This document shows positions 10,306 through 22,897 of a DNA stretch of 64,000 nucleotides, in pieces; the stretch's first letter is position 1, and each line of letters begins with the position of its first letter. The stretch lies in contig CAVXRB010000026.1 in assembly GCA_963764095.1 (NCBI GenBank), forward strand, positions 74,302-138,301, written 5' to 3'. Below the pieces are notes generated by a model. The model was not told the DNA's origin, made no database searches, and was given only the letters and a program-made list of their open reading frames with translations. The DNA is from an uncultured Acidimicrobiaceae bacterium (lineage in GTDB: Bacteria > Actinomycetota > Acidimicrobiia > Acidimicrobiales > RAAP-2). A program made the translations under genes and the position numbers.

Positions 10306-11033
10306 TGTGTCGGGTTCGGGACTTCGGGGTTGAGCAACTCTTCGGGCGTGGGCGGTGGCAAGGTCTCGTCAACGGCCTTACCGTCACGCAGGAACACCAC
10401 GCGGTCGGCCCACGAAGCGAGCTTCGCGTCGTGGGTCACCACCACCGCGGCGACGCCGCCGTGGCAGGCCGACAGGATCATTCGCATGACCGATTCGCCG
10501 TTGACCGAGTCCAGGGCCCCGGAGGGCTCGTCGGCGAGCAGGAGGCTGCGTTCGCCGACCACCGCGCGCGCGATGGCGACGCGCTGGCGCTCCCCACCCG
10601 ACAGTTGATCGGGGTAACTGTTCGCGCGCTCAGCCAGACCGAGGCGCTCGAGCGCGTCCATCCCCTTGACCCTCGCCTTCTTCATCGACAGTCCGTCGAG
10701 CTCGAGTGGGAGCGAGACGTTCTCGACGGCGGTAAGCCCGGCGAGGAGATTGAAGTCTTGGAAGACGTACCCAACGGAGCGTCGTCGCAGACGGGCCTTG
10801 TCGTTGCGCGACATCCCCGAGAGTCGCGTGCCGTCGATCGAGACCTCGCCGGTGGTCGGCTCTTCGAGGCTTCCCGCGATTGTCAACAGCGTCGACTTGC
10901 CCGAACCACTCGGTCCCATGATCGCAACGAGCGACCCCCGCTCGACGACGAGGTCGATGTCCGAGATGGCGTCGACTTCGTTGGCGCCCTCTCCGTAGCT
11001 CTTTGATACCTGACGTAGTTCCGACATGCTCAT
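10302..11033 (-). CDS. ABC transporter ATP-binding protein (LolD/MacB type)
   Basis: Walker A GPSGSGKST; LSGGERQRVAIARA; ADEP; VVTHD. Confidence 0.95.
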   Translation of the reverse strand: MSMSELRQVSKSYGEGANEVDAISDIDLVVERGSLVAIMGPSGSGKSTLLTIAGSLEEPTTGEVSIDGTRLSGMSRNDKARLRRRSVGYVFQDFNLLAGLTAVENVSLPLELDGLSMKKARVKGMDALERLGLAERANSYPDQLSGGERQRVAIARAVVGERSLLLADEPSGALDSVNGESVMRMILSACHGGVAAVVVTHDAKLASWADRVVFLRDGKAVDETLPPPTPEELLNPEVPNPTQ

Positions 11034-11611
11034 CGGTGGGCTCCAATCCTTCGGCGAATACTCGGCAGGGCAACGGGGTTCTCAGGGGCCGGTTCGGACT
11101 CGGCGCGACGCAGTCGACCGTCGGCCGAGTCCAGCCAACGCACGACCGCGTCGAGGCGGAACAGTTCGGCGTCGACGGCGAGCGCGAAGGCGAGGTCGAA
11201 GCGCGACTCGTCCTCTTTCAGGTGCGTCCACTGTTGCATCAACTGCACGATGTAGCGGCGGTGGACCTGGATGACGTCATAGACGTCGACACCCGGAAGA
11301 CGAGACGCGACGAGGACCTTGATCACCAGCTCGTCTCTCGGCGGCTCCGAGAGGTCCGGCGGCGTGCGGAGCCATCGCGTCAGCTCCTCGCCACCCTTCT
11401 CGGTGATTCGGTAGTTCTTCTGGCGCTCGTCATCTTCCACATCGTCGGTCTGGGCCAAGCCGTCGCGCTCCAGACGCTGCAAGGTTGTGTAGACCTGCCC
11501 GACGTTGAGCGGCCACACTTCTCCGGTGCTCGATTCGAACTCTTGACGCAGTTGAAAGCCATATTTCGGGCCCTCGCTCAAGAGAGCGAGTAGCGAATGG
11601 CGGATGCTCAT
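11030..11611 (-). CDS. PadR family transcriptional regulator
   Basis: MSIRHSLLALLSEGPKYGFQL...GQVYTTLQRLERDG...YRITEKG. Confidence 0.93.
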   Translation of the reverse strand: MSIRHSLLALLSEGPKYGFQLRQEFESSTGEVWPLNVGQVYTTLQRLERDGLAQTDDVEDDERQKNYRITEKGGEELTRWLRTPPDLSEPPRDELVIKVLVASRLPGVDVYDVIQVHRRYIVQLMQQWTHLKEDESRFDLAFALAVDAELFRLDAVVRWLDSADGRLRRAESEPAPENPVALPSIRRRIGAHR

Positions 11612-11631
11612 TGGGACCTCACTGGGTTGGA

Positions 11632-11644
11632 CATACTGAGTATG
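11632..11644. promoter_or_regulatory. putative PadR operator
   Basis: Palindrome CATACT-G-AGTATG about 20 bp upstream of the padR start. Confidence 0.55.
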
Positions 11645-11894
11645 CTACTCACTATACACACCTAGTTCAACTGGTCAAGTCCTCGATTGGTCAATAACCC
11701 TGACCTCGCAAAGTGACATTCCTCGCGTTCAGGCGGTCGAATCCGGGGTGTTCGTCGCGGACAGCGCCGATCAAAGAAGTTGTTCCATGGATTCACCGTA
11801 CGCAGCGCGCCGGCGTTGGACAATCGGGAACATCCACTAGGCACGTCCTCGCTTCGGGGTTTTCCCCTACCGCGCTTGAACTAGTGGTGACGAC

Positions 11895-13048
11895 TCAGAA
11901 GCGAATGACGCCGCGAATGTTCTCGCCGGACTCCAGGTCGTCGTAGCCCTTTTGGACCTCGTCGAGCGAGATACTCCTGCGTGACCAGTTCGTCGATCAT
12001 GAACTTGCCTTCATTGTGGAGTCGAAGGAGCTTCGGGATCTGGATGCGCGGCGCCTCGGAGCCGAAGACGGTGCCGCGCAGTTCCTGATTCATCATCGAG
12101 AACATGAAGAGGTTCAGTTCGACCGACGTCTGGTCCCACGCTGCCAGTCCCGCGGCTACGACGACGCCGCCCTTGGCGGTGATGGAACGGGCTTGTTCGA
12201 TGATCTCGCTCGTAGCCTCGCCGACCGTGATGACCACGACGTCGCAGTTCTTGCCCCACGTCAGGTCCGGCAAGATCGTAAAGGCTGCCTCGAGTGTCGT
12301 GGTGGAGCCGTGCGTGGCGCCGATCTTCATGGCGCGGTCGATCTTGGACTGATTGGTGTCGATCGCGACGACGGCACGCGCACCCGCGTGCAACGCGCCC
12401 TGGATGGCCGCCGATCCCAGTCCTCCGCAGCCGATCACCGCGACGACGTCACCGGGTTTTACGCCCCCACGATTCACCGCAGCGCCGAAGCCGGTCGAAA
12501 TACCGCACGAGAGGAGCGCCGCGGCCCGCAGGTCGTACCACGGCTCGACGCGAATCACCGACGCCTCGTGGGCGACGATGTACTCGGCGAAGGTGCCCAG
12601 ATTGCACATCCGATTGACGTTCGTGTCGCCGAGGTGGTGGCGCCACGTGCCGTCAGAGATCATTGGTCCGGCGAGCGTGCCGGCAGCCATGTCACAGATA
12701 TACGGTCGTCCGGAGACGCAGTACTCACACTTGCCGCACGACGGAATGAACGACGTCGCCACGTGGTCGCCGACCTTTACGGACGTCACACCTTCGCCGA
12801 CCGCGTCAACGACGCCCGAACCTTCGTGGCCACCGATGATCGGGAACATCGTGGGACGACCCGAGATCATCTCCAGTGCGACCGGTGACTGCGCGAGGGC
12901 GCCGGTCTGTAGGTGCAGGTCCGAATGGCACATCCCGGAGTACGCCATCTTGACGCGTACTTCATAGGGATGTGGATCGTCGATTCTCGATTGTCTCGGT
13001 GTGCCACGGACCGTGTACTTCACTAAGGATTGAGGCTCTGACGTCCAT
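11895..13048 (-). CDS. Zn-dependent (NDMA-dependent/nicotinoprotein-type) alcohol dehydrogenase (frameshifts near both ends)
   Basis: GMCHSDLH; GHEG; CGKCEYC...C structural Zn site; GCGGLG. Reconstructed N-terminus MDVRASILSEVHGPW and C-terminus GYDDLESGENIRGVIRF*. Confidence 0.88.
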
Positions 13049-13126
13049 GACTTCCCCCGTTCAATGGGTCCTTCGACCCGCGATTGTCACTTTACTGACG
13101 TCCGAGCCGATGTGGCGAGCCGCCGA

Positions 13127-13510
13127 CTATTGGGGTCCGTCCGTCGCGTGGCGCCACTTCCATCGCACCGTGTGCGCCAGTTGACGCCATGAGTCGCTTC
13201 GGCGCGGCAGGGACTCCAACCACTCTCGTGCTTCCGGTGCGACGACCTCGTCGATCCAGGAACGGACCTCGACTCGACGACACGTCCGAACGGCGCGCAC
13301 CGTCAGGATCGGTTGAGGCCTCGAGATCCGGGGATGCCAACTGAGGATGATGAGGACTTCGTCGTTTGCGCCGAAGACCGCGTCTTGATTGGGCGCCGTT
13401 CGCCACGAGACGTGACCGACCGCGGGAAAGTAGTGCTCGACTTCAGTTGACGTGATCGGATACGACCAGCCGTCGGCGAGCTCGGGCTTCTCGTGCGTCG
13501 AGCTCATCAC
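13127..13510 (-). CDS. hypothetical protein
   Basis: 127-aa ORF with globular-protein composition filling the gap between adh and argS. Confidence 0.55.
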   Translation of the reverse strand: MMSSTHEKPELADGWSYPITSTEVEHYFPAVGHVSWRTAPNQDAVFGANDEVLIILSWHPRISRPQPILTVRAVRTCRRVEVRSWIDEVVAPEAREWLESLPRRSDSWRQLAHTVRWKWRHATDGPQ

Positions 13511-13618
13511 CTCGCGGGGTCGGCCTTCAGGGTCATCAAGGATGTACGGCCAAGGCGTTCAGAACGATCACTGGTTGTCGGACCAGTCCGTTATCTAATC
13601 CGCCAGGCATTGCGCGGG

Positions 13619-15340
13619 CTACATCTTCTCCGGTGCGTCGATTCCCAGTACCGAGAGTCCGATCGTCAGCGTTCGCGCGGCGAGGTCGCACAGCGCCAAT
13701 CGCTGGTCGCGCAAAGCACCCTCCGAGGTCAACACCGGACAGGCGTCGTAGAAGGCGGTGAGACGTTGGGCGAGGTCGAAGAGGTAGACACAGAGGCGGT
13801 GCGGCTGCAGCGACGCCAGCGACGATTGGAACGCCTCGGGAAACGCGAGCAGCCCGAGCGCCAAGATGACGCTCCTGGGGCGTGTCGAGAGAGAACGAGA
13901 CTGACGGAGCATCCCACGGCGCGCCGAGTCGCCGAAAGATCGACTTCAGTCGCGCGTGCGCGTACTGGAGGTACGGACCGGTGTCGCCCTCGAAGGCGAT
14001 CATTCGATCGAGGTCGAAGATGTAGTCGTGATGACGGTCGGTCGAGAGGTCGGCGTACTTGATCGCCGCGCGCGCGATCTCGACGGCCAATTCGGTGCGG
14101 GCCATCTCGTCGAGATCGGTATTGCGTCCTTCAGCGCCGCGTCGGCGCGCTTCGATCGCTTCGTCGAGGAGTGAGGCGAGCTTGACGGTGTCGCCGCTTC
14201 GCGACTTGAACATCTTGCGATCGGGGCCGAGCACGTTGCCGAAGGTCACGTGTTCGCAGCGCACGCGCTCGGGCAGCCACCCGGCCATGCGCGCGACGGC
14301 GAAGACCATCTCGAAGTGCTGGGCCTGGGGCACGCCCACGACGTAGAGCATCTCATCGGCGTGAAGGTTGGCGACGCGGTCGCGCACGGCGGCGAGGTCG
14401 CTGGCCGCGTAGCCGAAGCCCTCATCGCTCTTTCGAACGATCAGCGGCAACGCTTCGCCGCTCGCGGTTGGTGAAGCCGGGGAGGAAAGACGCACAGCGC
14501 GCCGCCGCTCTCGACGATCAGTCCGGCGGCGGTGAGGTCGGCGACGACGTCACTCAGCATGTCGTCGTAGAAACGACTCACCCACCACATCGTCGATCGT
14601 GAGCGTGATGCCGAGGTCCTGGTAGACGAGGTCGAGGTAGGCAATCGACTGGTCGACGATGACGCGCCAGAGCCGCAGCGTCTCGGGGTCGCCCGACTGC
14701 AACGCGACGACGCGCGCCCGGGAGCGTTCCTTGAACGATTCGTCGGCGTCGAACTTGGTGCGGGCCTCTTTGTAGAAACCGTCGAGATCGCCGATGGAGA
14801 ACGACGCGTCGTCGACCTCTTCGCGGTCCAACAGATGTTCGATCAGCATCGCGAATGGCGTACCCCAATCACCGACGTGGTTACGTGCGATGACACGATG
14901 TCCAGCGAAGCGGTTCATTCGCGCGAGCGCGTCGCCGATGACCGTCGATCGGAGGTTCCCGACGTGCATCTCCTTGGCGACGTTGGGAGCGGAGTAGTCG
15001 ATGACGACGGTCTTTGGCCCCGTCACGAACTCGATTCCCAGTCGCTCGTCGCCGCGAAGCGTCGTCAACTGTCCGGCGAGGAACTCCGGGCGCAACGTCA
15101 GGTTCAAGAATCCCGGTCCGGCGATCTCCACGTCGGCGACGTCAGCCAGGTCGGCCGCGCCGACGATCTCCTCGGCGACGTCGCGCGGCGTACGGCCCGA
15201 GTCGCTTGGCGAGCGCCATGACGCCGTTGGCCTGGTAGTCGCTTCGATCCGAGGTTCGTAGGACCGGGTCGGCACCCGGTTTCGAGCGTGTCGAAGGCGC
15301 TTTGCAGTCGTGACGAAAGCGTGTCGTAGGTCGACGTCAT
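13619..15340 (-). CDS. argS: arginine--tRNA ligase (multiple frameshifts)
   Basis: [18 protein letters not shown] (HIGH-like); NHVGDWG; KMFKSRSG; [13 protein letters not shown]; C-terminal LGIDAPEKM. Confidence 0.95.
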
Positions 15341-15424
15341 GCAGACAAGTCTCGCACTTCGAGCCCACTCACCATCGTTCCACGAGGCGGAACGCAGACG
15401 CGACGAACACGGCAGAATGGAGCC

Positions 15425-18109
15425 ATGACCTCTCTCAACTCATTCGACTCCCGGATGACGCTCAACGTGCAGGGACCGCGAACTCACGTACTACTCGCTG
15501 CGACGCCGACGCGCTCTCCGCGCTCGGCGTCGATCGACTGCCGTACTCGATCAAGGTGCTCTTGGAGAACCTCCTGCGACACGAGGACGGCGTGAAGGTG
15601 AACGCCGCCGACATCGAGGCGCTCGCGCGATGGGGCGAGAACCCGTCGCGCCACGGCGAGGCCGCCGGGGACGACGCCAAGGAGATCGCTTTCACGCCGG
15701 AGCGCGTCCTGATGCAAGACCTGACGGGCGTGCCGGCCGTCGTCGACCTCGCCTCGATGCGCGACGCGATCATCGCGCTCGGCGGCGACCCGAACAAGAT
15801 CAATCCTCTCGTGCCGGTGGAGCTGGTCATCGACCACTCGGTGATACTCGAGCGATCGGGGACCTCCGAGAGCTTCGACGCAGAACGTCGCGATCGAGTA
15901 CGAACGCAACATCGAGCGCTACACGTTCTTGAAGTGGGCCCAGAGTTCCTTCGAGAAGTTCCGCGTCGTGCCTCCGGGCATGGGCATCTGTCACCAGGTG
16001 AACCTCGAGCACCTCGCGCGCGTCGTCTTCGAACAAGACGGCGTCGCCTACCTGGACACGCTCGTGGGCACCGACTCACACACGACCATGGTGAACGGCC
16101 TCGGCGTCCTCGGCGTGGGGCGTCGGTGGCATCGAGGCCGAGGCCGGCATGCTCGGCCAACCGACGTCGATGCTGATACCCCCGGTCGTCGGGCTTCGTC
16201 TCCGGGCGCCCCGCGCGAGGGCGTGACGCCGACCGACGTGTGTCCTCACGATCACCGAACTACTGCGCAAGCACGGCGTCGTCGGAAAGTTCGTCGAGGC
16301 CTACGGACCGGCGTGCGCGTCGCTCTCGCTCGAGACCGCGCGACGATCGGCAACATGTCACCGGAGTACGGCGCGACGTGCGCGATCTTCCCCATCGACC
16401 AGTTGACGGTCGACTACCTGGCCTTCACCGGCCGAACGAAGGAGCAGCTCGCTCTGGTCGAGGCGTACGCCAAGGTGCAGGGACTGTGGCACGACCACGC
16501 GGCGTCGAGCCGATGTACTCCGAGAACGTCGAACTCGACCTCATCGACGGTCGAGCCGAGCCTCGCCGGTCCGAAGCGTCCGCAAGACCGCGTTCGTCTC
16601 GGGCGCGCGCGGCGCTTCCTGCGACGCGCTCGGTCGCGAGCCCCTCGAGGTCCACGGCGAAGAGATGGCCGAGACGCTGCGCGAGGGCGCGGTGGTCGTC
16701 GCGGCGATCACGTCGTGCACCAACACCTCGAACCCGTCGGTGCTGGTCGCGGCCGGACTCGTCGCCAAGCGCGCGGTCGAACTCGGACTGAGCGCGAAGC
16801 CGTGGGTGAAGACGTCGCTCGCCCCCGGGAGCCGCGTCGTCATGGACTACCTCGGAGCGCGCCGACCTGTCAAGCCCCTCGACGCACTGGGCTTCTACCT
16901 CGCGGGCTACGGCTGTACGACGTGTATCGGCAACACCGGGCCACTGCTCGCCGGGGTCTCCGAGGCCGTCAACGAACACGACCTCTCGGTCGTGTCGGTG
17001 CTGTCGGGCAACCGGAACTTCGAAGGTCGCATCCACCCCGACGTCAAGCAGAACTTCCTCGCGAGTCCTCCACTCGTCGTGGCCTACGCCCTCGCCGGCA
17101 CGATGGAGATCGACCTCGCGAACGAGCCGCTCGGCATCGGCGTCGACGAGAAGCCGGTCTATCTCGCCGACCTGTGGCCGAGTGACGCCGCGGTCGCCGA
17201 AGCCGTGCGCGCCTCGATCACGCCGGCGATGTTCGAAGAGCGCTACGCGAGCGCCTTCAGCGGCGACCAGCGTTGGCAGGAGGTGCCGACCACGAACGCC
17301 GTCACCTACGCCTGGGACCCGACAAGTCGACCTACGTGAAGCTCCCGCCGTACTTCGACGGACTGACGATGGAGCCGGGCGTCGTCATCGGACTTCTCCG
17401 GGGCGCGCGTGCTGGCCAAACTGGGCGACTCGGTGACGACGGACCACATCTCGCCGGCCGGCAACATCCGCGCCTACCTCGCCGGCCGGGAAGTACCTCA
17501 TCGACGGCGGCGTCAAGCCGGCCGACTTCAACAGCTACGGCACGCGTCGCGGGAACCACGAGATCATGGTGCGCGGCACGTTCGCCAACATCCGCATCCG
17601 CAACCAGATGGCGCCCGGCACCGAAGGCGGCGTGACGCGTGAAGTTGCCCGAGGGCGACCGAGATGTCGATCTTCGACGCCGCGATGGCCTACCAGGCCG
17701 AGGGCACGCCGCTCATGATCGTCGCCGGCAAGGAGTACGGCACCGGATCGAGCCGCGACTGGGCCGCCAAGGGCACCAAGCTGCTCGGCGTGAAGGCCGT
17801 CCTCGTCGAGAGCTACGAACGCATCCACCGCTCCAACCTCGTGGGCATGGGAGTGCTGCCGCTGCAGTTCCAGGCCGGCGACAGCGCCGCGACCTACGAC
17901 CTCGACGGAACCGAGACCTTCTCGATCAAGGGTCTCGACGCGTTGAACCGCGGCGAGACCGTGCCGACGGTCACGTTGAGTGCGACGCGCACGAACGGCG
18001 AGGTGTCACCTTCGACGTGCGACTGCGCATCGACACGCCGACCGAGGCGGAGTACTTCCGCCACGGCGGCGTCCTGAACTACGTGCTGCGCAACCTCGCC
18101 CAGAGTTAG
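15425..18109 (+). CDS. acnA: aconitate hydratase A (multiple frameshifts)
   Basis: [15 protein letters not shown]; RVLMQD; GICHQVNLE; GTDSHTTM; [11 protein letters not shown]; [10 protein letters not shown]; SGNRNFEGR; [10 protein letters not shown]. Confidence 0.97.
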
Positions 18110-18112
18110 CGC

Positions 18113-18600
18113 GTGAGCGCTGAGCGAGCATTGGTCCTCGGCGGTGCCGGCGCCGTCGGCAACGCCTGGGAGATCGGCGTCGTCGCCGGTCTCTTCGAAG
18201 TCGGGGTAGACCTCACCCGAGCCGACGTGACCATCGGGACGTCGGCCGGATCGACTGCGGCGGCCCAGATCACGAGTGGAACCTCACCGACCGAACTGCT
18301 CGCCAACATCCTCACCCCAGCAAGTCGACCTCACCCCGGTCCCGTCGGGTTGGACCGTGGGCCCGAACCCATGGGACCTGCCTCCGATCACATGGCGATC
18401 ACGAACGCCGTCATCGATGCCGCTACGGACGCCTCCGACATGCGTCGCCGTATGGGCGCGGCGGCGCTCGAAGCGGAACCGGAAGCGCACGGTGCCGCGC
18501 AGACGAGGTGGCGCGCCGTCACCGCCGCTCGGCTGGGGAACCCGGACTGGCCGCAGCACCGGCTACTCATCCCGGCGGTCGATGCCGACAGCGGCGAAAA
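18113..18600 (+). pseudogene. patatin-like phospholipase, 3'-truncated
   Basis: LVLGGAG glycine loop and GTSAG nucleophile are present. Similarity stops at VDADSGE (about 18598) with no DGG motif, and the frame then runs antisense through sulP. Confidence 0.65.
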
Positions 18601-20315
18601 CTCTTCGTCGCCGCCTCGGCCGCGACCGCCGCGGCGTCGGTGCTGTCAGAAGGGCGATCGTCTTGATCGCGCCGCTCGTCGACTTCTTGAGGCGGTCCTT
18701 CACCGTGTCGTTGGCGCGCGAGAAGGCGATCGAGATCTTGTCCTTGTCGAGGTCGGCGACGACCTGGCTCAGCGCGGTCATGCCCGTGTAGTCGATGTCG
18801 GCGATCGCGACGGCGTCCACGATGACGTGTTGGGTCTCGGGGAGCTTGGCCAGATGATCGTGCATCTCGCGGCGGAAGATGCCGGCGTTCGCGAAGAAGC
18901 AGCTCCTCGCCGAAGAGCACCGCCAGGATGTGGTCGACGCGCTCGACACCCTTCCTCTTCTTCCGGCTCCCAGCTCGTCGTCCCCGTGCGCCGGCCCAGT
19001 TCGACCATCCTCGGACGTGCCGAGCGCCAGGTCTGGTCGAGGATCGCGCAGTCCGACCGCGATCCCGAGACCCTGCTCGACCCCGATGAAGATCACGCCG
19101 AGCGCCGAGATCAAGGCGAGGGCGAACTCCCAGCGACTGGCCGCCAGGATCTTGCGGAACTGGGCGACCTTGACGAGTCGACCCACCGACGAAGAGCAAG
19201 CACGCCGGCCAGCGCGGCCAGGGGGATCATGTGGGCGAACTTGGCGAAGGGCGAGAGCACCAGGCACCGATTCCGGCCACCAGCAGGACCAGCTTGGTGC
19301 GGCCGCCCGCCATCTTCGTGACCGTCGTTCGCGCCGGGCTGGCGTTGACCGGGAAGGCGCCGACCAGTCCGCACGCGACGTTCGCCAGACCGATGCCCAC
19401 GAAGTCGCGACTGATGTTGTCCGCGATCGCCAGGTCGTCGGCGGTCGTGCGACACGTGGCGGCGCTCTGACTGAGGATCACGACGACCAGGGTGAGGGCC
19501 GTCGTGCAGACGACCCCCACTGGGGCCCGCTCAGCCAGTGCAGTCGCCAGGTCGGGAGTCCGGCGCTGACGCTCCCGAGCGTCTGCACGCCGTGAGTGGC
19601 GAGTGAACCGTGGCCGTGAGTATCGTCGCGGCCAAGACCCCGGCGAGAGCCCACGGCAGCTTCGCGTTGAGCTGCTCGCCGACCACCATCGACGACGAGC
19701 GTGCCCAGGGCGATGACGATCGACCAGCGTGCTGACGTGGCCGAACTGGTGACTGATCCACTGGAGCCGCGAGATGAAGGACTCGCCGCCCGAGGGGACG
19801 CCGAGGACGCGCGGGAGTTGGTGGGTGATGATGATCGACCCCGATGCCGGCCATGAAACCCGGCGACGATCGGCAGCGACAGGAAGTCGGCGAGCCAGCC
19901 GAGCTTCAAGAATCCGATGGCCATGACGATAATCCCAGCGACGACGGCCGTCGCGGCGACCAGTTCCATGTACTCGTCGAGGACGCCGGCGCGAGGCGAA
20001 GAGGGCGACGGCGAAGAGGTGGCGCGATCGTCGAGTCCGCGCCGACCGAGACGATGGGATTGGATCCGATGAAGAAGAACACCAACGTCGCGGTGATGAA
20101 GGCGATCATCGCCGTGAAGGCCGGTACACCGGCGAGCTGTGACGTCGCGAGTTGCTCAGGGATCGCGATCGCGAAGAGCGTGATGCCCGCGAGGAACTGG
20201 CTCGAGAAGTTTCGCGCGCGTGAGCCCGATGGAAGATCTGGTTGAGACCACTGGCGACCGTTCGTTGAGCAATCGGTGTTCGTTCGGTGACGGGTGCGGA
20301 TTCCATTGACGACAC
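18567..20315 (-). CDS. SulP family anion transporter with STAS domain (multiple frameshifts)
   Basis: SVGADSTIAP; KLGWLADFLSLPIVAGF; GAFPVNASPART; FFANA...VIVDAVAIADIDYTG (STAS). Confidence 0.88.
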
Positions 20316-20336
20316 ACTAGGACCGCGGAACTTCGA

Positions 20337-21077
20337 CTACAGGTGATGACGACCTTGAAACCTTCGGCGAGACGGCCCTTTTTCATGCCGGCGTTCTTCG
20401 CGACCCCTCGGCCCCACTGATTCAACATCTTCTTCAGACCCTTGTTGTCACCGACCTGCGAGACGTGACGCTTCAGGGCGGCGTGCTTGTACTTGAAGCG
20501 CTTGGTGATGTCGACCACCATGGTGGCGTTGCTCCCGCTCAGCCACACGATCGGCACGGTGTGCGGGGTAAGACCCTCGCGCAGCAGTTCCGGGAAGGCG
20601 TGGGGGTTTCGCGCGTCGGGATAGACGGCGCGCATCGTCGCCTCGCCCGAGGCCATGTGGTCGGGGTGGCTCGCGCGCATGCGCTCCCAGTTACGCTCGG
20701 GGCTCTGCGTGATAACGAGGTCCGGGCGGTGCGTACGAATTACTCGCGCGATTTCACGACGGAGTAACAACGTGGGCTCAACCTGGCCGTCGGGCCAGCG
20801 CAAGGAATGTGATATTCGTCACTCCGACCTCGCGACCGGCAGCGCGCTGTTCGGTCTCTCGAATCTCTGATCTTTCCTCACGAGTGAGCGTCGAGCCGTC
20901 GCCGCCGGCGTCACCCGAGGTGACGAGGCAGTACGCAACATCTACGCCCTTACCGGTCAAAGTTGCAATCGTTCCGGCGGAGCCAAAATCGACATCATCG
21001 GGGTGAGCAACAACAACGAGGGCGCGTTTTATGGACTTGTTGTACTTGAAGACGGGCAACGCCTTCTTCTTGCTCAC
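20337..21077 (-). CDS. PIG-L/LmbE family deacetylase (frameshift)
   Basis: VVAHPDDVDFG; TSGDAG; HPDH; HVSQ; 3' end approximate. Confidence 0.85.
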
Positions 21078-22301
21078 AGTACTGAGTCCTCCCTGGTCGG
21101 ATCCCAGCTGGCCAGGTCCTTCAAGTGTGGGTCGTTTGAAAAGACCTCCACGATCGGCCGCTTGAGTCCAAGACGGCGCATGATCACTTCAGCCTCAATA
21201 ATTTGATTCCACAGTAACAAAGAGACCACAACGCCCGTCGAGCCGGCGCGGGCCGTCCGTCCGGAGCGGTGGAGGTAGGCCTTTGGTTCCGGGGGGTCGA
21301 AGTGGATTACGCAGTCGACTGCGTCAATATGCAGTCCCCGGGCGGCGACGTCGGTCGCCACCAGGACGGCCAGACGGTCGCCGGAGAAGTCCGCCAGCGC
21401 CTTTTCGCGCTGGCTCTGGCGCAGGTCCCCATGGATGGCGGCCGCGTCGACGCCCTCTTCTGGAGTGCTCGACCAGCCGGTCGGCCCCGCGCTTGGTGCG
21501 ACAGAAGATCAGGGTCTTGCCGAAGGAGGAGCAGATCGTCGCGGTGACCTTGATCCGGTCCATCTGGTGGACGTTCAAGAAGTGGTGCACCATCACGAGA
21601 CCGTCTGGGAGTCGCTCGCGACCTCGTGGAAGACCGGGTCGGTCAGGTAGCGCTTGACGAGGCGGTCGATGGCGCCGTCCAGTGTGGCTGAGAACAGCAG
21701 CGTCTTGGTGCGGTCGATTAGCGATGGCGAAGGACCCACTCGACCTGGGGCATGAAGCCCATGTCGGCCATGCGGTCGGCCTCGTCCAGGACCAGGACGT
21801 CGAGGTCTTCACGTTGACTCGCCGCGGTCCCCGAGGTCGATCAGTCGACCCGGGGTGGCGATGATCACGTCACAGCCCCGGCGAAGCGACTTCACCTGGC
21901 GTTCGATGTCGGCGCCGCCGTAGACGGCGTTGACGTGCAGACCGAGTGCCCGCCGAGGGGCTTGAGGACCTCGTGGACCTGCACAGAGAGCTCACGGGTC
22001 GGCAAGAGCACCAGCGGCGCGGCGCCGCTTTGGCCTTGAAGGTCTCGCCCGCGGAGATCCGCTGGAGCATGGGCAGACCGAAGCCGAGCGTCTTGCCCGA
22101 TCCGGTCTTGGCCTTGCCGCAGACGTCGCGACCGGCGAGCGCGTCGCTGATCGTGAGGGCCTGGATCGGGAAGGCGGTGGTGATCCCCTGGTCGGAGAGG
22201 ACCTTGACCAACTCCGGCAGCACGCCCAATTCGGCGAAGGTTTTATTGGTGGCGTATGAGTCCTGTGCCGACGGCACAGACTCCTTGATTTCACTACTCA
22301 C
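21074..22301 (-). CDS. DEAD/DEAH box RNA helicase (multiple frameshifts)
   Basis: Q motif FPIQ; AKTGSGKT; FCRTKRGAD; ATDVAARGL; [12 protein letters not shown]. Confidence 0.92.
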
Positions 22302-22431
22302 GGCGGACGACGTTTCTCGGTTGGACCCGGAACCGGCGTAAGAAAGTGTGGGCCCAAGCTCGATTCTTAGAGCTTCGCAACAAGTCTACGACAAAATGTT
22401 AGATTTCTGGCGCGCAAACAGAAGGAGAATC

Positions 22432-22897
22432 ATGTCCCGACTGGAAATTGGTGCAAAAGCACCGGCTTTCTCGCTTCCCAACCAAGTCCGGAAAGACCAT
22501 CTCACTGAATGATTTCGCAGGTGAGCGATTCGTCATCTACTTCTACCCCGCCGACGACACCCCCGGTTGCACCAAAGAGGCCTGCCAGTTCAACGACGGA
22601 CTGTCGGCCTTTCGCAAGCTCGGCGTCAAGGTCGTCGGCGTCTCGCCCGACGGTGCCGAGAAGCACGTCGCCTTTCGCCAGAAATACGGCCTCTCCTTCG
22701 ACCTCTTGAGCGACCCCGAGAAGAAGGTCATGGAGAAGTACGGCGCCTTCGGCGAGAAGATGATGTACGGCAAGAAGGTCATCGGCGTCATCCGCTCGAC
22801 GTTCGTGATCGGACCGACCGGCAAGGTCGAACACGTCTGGTACGGGGTTCGCGCCGACGGCCACGCCGATAAAGTCCTCGCGACCCTGACGAGCTAG
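22432..22897 (+). CDS. bcp: thioredoxin-dependent peroxiredoxin Bcp (5' frameshift)
   Basis: YFYPADDTPGCTKEAC; IRSTFVIG; AAGGAG RBS before the ATG at 22432. Confidence 0.92.

Noticed and set aside
11731-11750. GGTCGAATCC resembling a tRNA T-arm
   Set aside because: Only a 3-bp stem and 6-nt loop; no acceptor, D or anticodon arms
13619-18109. Programmed frameshifting or pseudogenisation of argS and acnA
   Set aside because: Too many shifts, no slippery-site pattern, and the genes are essential; sequencing error is more parsimonious
18113-19321. 402-aa patatin fusion ORF
   Set aside because: Sequence after about 18600 is the antisense of sulP, not a real domain
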